From Desulfotalea psychrophila LSv54 (GTDB taxonomy: Bacteria > Desulfobacterota > Desulfobulbia > Desulfobulbales > Desulfocapsaceae): a DNA stretch of 32,000 nt. The stretch covers positions 690,001-722,000 of the forward strand of contig NC_006138.1 in the NCBI RefSeq assembly GCF_000025945.1, read 5' to 3'. The notes beneath the pieces are model-generated. The model had not been told where the DNA came from, searched no databases, and saw only the letters and a list, made by a program, of their open reading frames with translations. The position numbers and the translations under genes were made by a program. The first letter of the stretch is position 1; the number at the start of each line of letters is the position of its first letter. This document shows, piece by piece, positions 28,760 to 32,000 of the stretch.

Positions 28760-29539
28760 TCATTCACTAATCTCTATCTCTCGTTTTGTTGTATAGAGCA
28801 TGCGAATCATCTCATATTCAAAGGGTGATCCTGATTGATAGTATCTGAAGGATTGGCGGTGTCGTCTATCAATCGCTGCAACTCCTACAAAGCTCCAGCC
28901 CCATGCCGTTTCGCTGATCCATGCTGGTGGCCCATAATAGCCGAAGGCGAGGAGATCAACGCCAAAACCTGCTGTATCACGCAGATTAGAAGGTCCAAGT
29001 ACAGGCAGAACAAGATAGGGGCCGTTGCCAACGCCATAGTGGCCAAGGGTCTGGCCAAAATTTTCCGTTTGGCGGAGGAGTCCCATATCCGTTGCCGGGT
29101 TCCAGAAACCACCAATACCGACGGTACTGTTTACCACAAAACGCAGTAGGGTAATCCCGGTTCCCTTGGGATCCAGCTGAAAGAAATTGTTAATAAAGTT
29201 ATTGAACTCAAGGATATTGTCTACAAAGCATGAAACACGGTCTTCAACATAGTTGGGCGTGATAAATTCATAGCCGTTAACCACCGGTAGGAAGAGGTAT
29301 TTGTCAAAGTAGTAGTTGAAGGTATACATTGAGCGATTGAAACCTTCAAGGGGATCGTATACATCATCAACAACATATACCACGTCCGGTTTAACATACT
29401 CATTTATGGGGTACATTGGTGCCATTGGTGGTTCGATTTTTGCTGTTTGTTCGGTAAGAGCTGGCTGTGCACAGCCGGCGAGAAGCATTGGAAATAAGAG
29501 CAAGAGAGACAGGGCTTGGTATCTTATATTATTTATCAT
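28760..29539 (-). CDS. mlaA: MlaA/VacJ-family outer-membrane lipoprotein
   Basis: 259 aa. Lipobox LLAGC, then DPLEGFNRSMYTFNYYFDKYLFLPVVNGY and NFINNFFQ..., typical of MlaA. Confidence 0.88.
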   Translation of the reverse strand: MINNIRYQALSLLLLFPMLLAGCAQPALTEQTAKIEPPMAPMYPINEYVKPDVVYVVDDVYDPLEGFNRSMYTFNYYFDKYLFLPVVNGYEFITPNYVEDRVSCFVDNILEFNNFINNFFQLDPKGTGITLLRFVVNSTVGIGGFWNPATDMGLLRQTENFGQTLGHYGVGNGPYLVLPVLGPSNLRDTAGFGVDLLAFGYYGPPAWISETAWGWSFVGVAAIDRRHRQSFRYYQSGSPFEYEMIRMLYTTKREIEISE

Positions 29540-30827
29540 TATTTCCTCCTTTCGTATCCTGAAAAAAGCCGACCATTGCCTCTATATTATCCGGATATGC
29601 CATATTTCCACAGTGCCCACCATGGGGAAAAATTTGTGCCCGCTTTCCGAAAACGTCTTTGAGATAGGCAATTTCACCGGGGTGCATGATAATATCGTCT
29701 TCATTATGAATCAAACCGATTTTAGCTGAGCTGCGCAGATAGCCTTCGAGACTACGTAAGCTCATCTGCTCAATTATTTCCTCTTCAGTAATCGTTGGGT
29801 CAATTTTTTGAAAATGGGGCAGGAATATTCCCTTGAAATAATCAACAAAGGTTAGCTGGCCGAGTACCTTGGCATAATCCGTAAGGCTGTCGCCTCGTTT
29901 CAGGACAAGACCCCTGGGAACCACGTAGCCTGCCTGGGTCATTACATCACTTGCAAAGGCCATATTTTGAGAAGAAATTCGAAAGGCAACGCCGATAAGG
30001 GCGGCCATGGGGGCATCACTCTTTGGCTTTTCCCGTCGATATGCTCTATAGAGGTATCTATCATTAAATTCTATAGACTCTCCGTGTCTGTATGTCTTGG
30101 TAAAGGCCCTTATCCTTTTCTTGTAAAATTCATTAAGGTGATCTATCCCACCGGGAACATTATTGGCGAGCATGTTATCAATTATCACCACCGAATTATA
30201 GAGGTTAACCGGGGGATTGATAAGTAATACCTTGCTGAAGTTAAAGGACTTCTCTCTCTCGTCCATATGGGAGAGGAACACCGATTGAGCGGCACCCAGG
30301 CTATATCCGGCAAGATAGAACTCCGTCACCTTCATATTTTTTTCTACTTTTTGCCAGATTGCCCGCATGACTCGGTAAAGATCAGCCGAATCCTCTTTCA
30401 GGTTACCGGGGACACTACTGGTGGAAGCAGAAACTATAAAATCGGTAAAGCTGGGCGAAGAGAGAGAGATGACATGGTAACCGGCCTGGTAGAAGGCCCC
30501 CTGCATAATTTTCATTTTGGGACTTTGAAAACTCGCGCCCGTTCCTGCGATTAAAAAGATAAGGGGGGCCGGACATTTCTGGGCTTGATAGGAGTAGTTT
30601 AACTCAGCCATGTTCCAGAGCACTCCCGGCACCTTTCGCTCAGGAAATATTACAATTGATTCGAGTTTGGTGGGAAGTTCCTTGGGCAGTACTGCGGCAA
30701 ACTCGTCAGGCGTGTTGAGTACCGTTGCCACATATGGATCTTTAAATGGATAATCATAGGCATTTGCCATAGTGCTACTGAGCAGTAACAGGCAAAGCCA
30801 GGTACTCAATATTCGATTGATCAGCAT
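29529..30827 (-). CDS. Secreted alpha/beta-fold serine hydrolase (lipase/esterase-like), function unknown
   Basis: Start at the ATG at 30827, preceded by GGAGG (MLINRILSTWLCLLLLSSTMANA, a signal peptide). Nucleophile elbow AGYSLGA (GxSxG), candidate acid NEDD and His GGHCGN near the C-terminus. The stop overlaps the mlaA start by 11 nt. Confidence 0.7.
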   Translation of the reverse strand: MLINRILSTWLCLLLLSSTMANAYDYPFKDPYVATVLNTPDEFAAVLPKELPTKLESIVIFPERKVPGVLWNMAELNYSYQAQKCPAPLIFLIAGTGASFQSPKMKIMQGAFYQAGYHVISLSSPSFTDFIVSASTSSVPGNLKEDSADLYRVMRAIWQKVEKNMKVTEFYLAGYSLGAAQSVFLSHMDEREKSFNFSKVLLINPPVNLYNSVVIIDNMLANNVPGGIDHLNEFYKKRIRAFTKTYRHGESIEFNDRYLYRAYRREKPKSDAPMAALIGVAFRISSQNMAFASDVMTQAGYVVPRGLVLKRGDSLTDYAKVLGQLTFVDYFKGIFLPHFQKIDPTITEEEIIEQMSLRSLEGYLRSSAKIGLIHNEDDIIMHPGEIAYLKDVFGKRAQIFPHGGHCGNMAYPDNIEAMVGFFQDTKGGNNDK

Positions 30828-31188
30828 CTTTCCTCCCTCAATATAAATTACCATTTACCCAGAGGTCGCTCATATGCTTCCTCTAATCTGGGGGTATGCC
30901 CTTTAACATTTGCCATAGAGATAGCTGAAATTTTCAGGTGGGAATAGCGCAGGGGAAAAACAGACGAGCAACCCTTGGTTGGCTATTAGTATTTTATTTC
31001 ATGAAAATCAGTGGCTAAGGTGAGAATATCACAGCAGACATAGTTTGGGCAAAAAAAATCAGCCATTATCGATACGCAGTGCTTGACGATTTTCTCTGAA
31101 TTAATAATCAACAGCCTTGATTTAAGGCCGTATCCTGATGTGGTAAGGATGGATTTTATGGAGGAGTAAGGGGGGGGTACTTGAAACG

Positions 31189-31227
31189 AAAAAAGGGAAT
31201 TAAAGCATAAGCTTTAATTCCCTTTTT
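31189..31227. terminator. Bidirectional hairpin terminator; it ends the tRNA-Asn/tRNA-Pro transcript on the minus strand
   Basis: GGGAATTAAAGC ataa GCTTTAATTCCC (12-bp stem) flanked by A6 and T5. It lies 7 nt beyond the tRNA-Pro 3' end. Confidence 0.75.
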
Positions 31228-31233
31228 ATTCGA

Positions 31234-31311
31234 TGGTCGGGGCGGTAGGATTCGAACCTACGGCCTCCTGCTCCCAAGGCAGGCGCGCTAACCAGGCTGC
31301 GCTACGCCCCG
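31234..31311 (-). tRNA. tRNA-Pro (anticodon TGG)
   Basis: The reverse complement CGGGGCGTAGCGCAGCCTGGTTAGCGCGCCTGCCTTGGGAGCAGGAGGCCGTAGGTTCGAATCCTACCGCCCCGACCA folds as a cloverleaf with anticodon loop CTTGGGA. Confidence 0.95.
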
Positions 31312-31348
31312 ACTATATAAAGTTTCAAATAAATGAAACGAATGTACT

Positions 31349-31424
31349 TGGCTCCCCGGGACGGATTCGAACCGCCGACAAGGTGATTAACAGTCACCCG
31401 CTCTACCAACTGAGCTACCGAGGA
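31349..31424 (-). tRNA. tRNA-Asn (anticodon GTT)
   Basis: The reverse complement TCCTCGGTAGCTCAGTTGGTAGAGCGGGTGACTGTTAATCACCTTGTCGGCGGTTCGAATCCGTCCCGGGGAGCCA folds as a cloverleaf with anticodon loop CTGTTAA. Confidence 0.95.
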
Positions 31425-31477
31425 ACACAGAAGCATTAAGAGGTTGTTGTTATCAACCGTGCTCCGTATGGGGCGAG

Positions 31478-31506
31478 AATATACGGTAATCGGGTCCTGC
31501 TGTCAA
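31478..31506 (-). promoter_or_regulatory. Near-consensus sigma70-type promoter for the tRNA-Asn/tRNA-Pro operon
   Basis: The minus strand reads TTGACA - 17 nt - TATATT, followed by a GC-rich discriminator (CTCGCCCC). The -10 element ends about 53 nt upstream of the tRNA-Asn 5' end. Confidence 0.6.
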
Positions 31507-31621
31507 CACCTTTCTGTATGTTTTTTTCTGTTAAAAGGAAAAAACATAAAGACCAAGAAACACATGCTCTTTTTCTCCTTGAAATAGGGTTTTTTTTTGT
31601 TTTCCTAGCCTGTAATCTTTT

Positions 31622-32000
31622 TTACTTGTCGATGGCAAGTGCTGCCCAACTTTGACAGACAGGCATGATTTCTATAGAGTTAATATTTACATGGGCGGGT
31701 CGACTGGCAGACCAGAAAATAGTTTCCGCAATATCCGTGGCTGAGAGGTTTTCATGACCAGCATAAACACTACTGGCTCGTTTTTCGTCACCTGAAAAGC
31801 GAACAGCGGAGAATTCTGTTTCGGCAAGGCCTGGTTCTATATTGGTTACTCTAATGCCTGTTCCTGCGACATCGCAACGGAGATTACGGGAAAATTGGGC
31901 GACAAAGGCCTTGGAGGCACCATAGGTGTTTCCTCCTGGATAGGGATAGCTACCTGCCACCGAGCCAATATTGATAATATGACCGGTTCTATTTTTCATC
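31622..32000 (-). CDS. Short-chain dehydrogenase/reductase, YdfG-like (NADP-dependent 3-hydroxy acid dehydrogenase type), C-terminal part; the gene continues beyond the window
   Basis: HIINIGSVAGSYPYPGGNTYGASKAFV (YxxxK catalytic motif), IRVTNIEPGL, and PAHVNINSIEIMPVCQS closely resemble the E. coli YdfG C-terminal half (from memory). Confidence 0.85.
   Translation of the reverse strand, partial: MKNRTGHIINIGSVAGSYPYPGGNTYGASKAFVAQFSRNLRCDVAGTGIRVTNIEPGLAETEFSAVRFSGDEKRASSVYAGHENLSATDIAETIFWSASRPAHVNINSIEIMPVCQSWAALAIDK

Noticed and set aside
31170-31177. G8 homopolymer as a possible phase-variation switch
   Set aside because: It lies about 340 nt upstream of the hydrolase start and just outside the tRNA terminator. 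It is not between -35/-10 elements or within a reading frame, so no mechanism is evident.
31233-31439. 68-aa plus-strand ORF
   Set aside because: It lies entirely antisense to the tRNA-Pro and tRNA-Asn genes.

Overview
The window looks like a chromosomal core region of a Gram-negative anaerobe. A Desulfobacterota/deltaproteobacterial origin is a low-confidence guess from gene content. It is densely coding, with about 30 CDS and 3 tRNAs.

Gene order, left to right:
- 3' end of an EAL-domain gene
- A single-polypeptide NfnA+NfnB-like (PyrK-like + GltD-like) oxidoreductase
- A Nif3 / zinc-ribbon pair (- strand) and tRNA-Met
- A complete Bat/aerotolerance-type operon: MoxR ATPase, DUF58, small membrane protein, BatA, BatB/C fusion, BatD, BatE
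- A long minus-strand block: cmk, hisC, gatA, gatC, REC+HD-GYP regulator, 5-formyl-THF cyclo-ligase, serine hydrolase
- A 362-bp AT-rich gap with DnaA-box-like repeats
- dnaN-gyrB-gyrA-gpsA on the + strand
- A short AT-rich islet holding a decayed nuclease-like gene and an orphan 53-aa ORF
- A secreted alpha/beta hydrolase overlapping mlaA
- tRNA-Asn and tRNA-Pro with a near-consensus promoter
- 3' end of a YdfG-like SDR gene

No CRISPR array, transposase, integrase or rRNA is visible.

Most notable observations:
1. The 9-mer TTATCAACA (often GTTATCAACA) is strikingly over-represented. I count 19 exact copies by eye. It forms inverted pairs in the dnaN-upstream gap and the gyrB-gyrA spacer, and it sits in or beside terminators.
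2. The dnaN-upstream gap is a candidate oriC although dnaA is not adjacent.
3. The BatB/C gene appears frameshifted inside a 9-bp tandem repeat, which stranded its conserved C-terminal tail in another frame.
4. A nuclease-like gene is interrupted by an in-frame TAG where a Trp codon is expected.

I did not find a clear multi-gene novel system such as a defence island. The candidates above are signals to test, not established systems.
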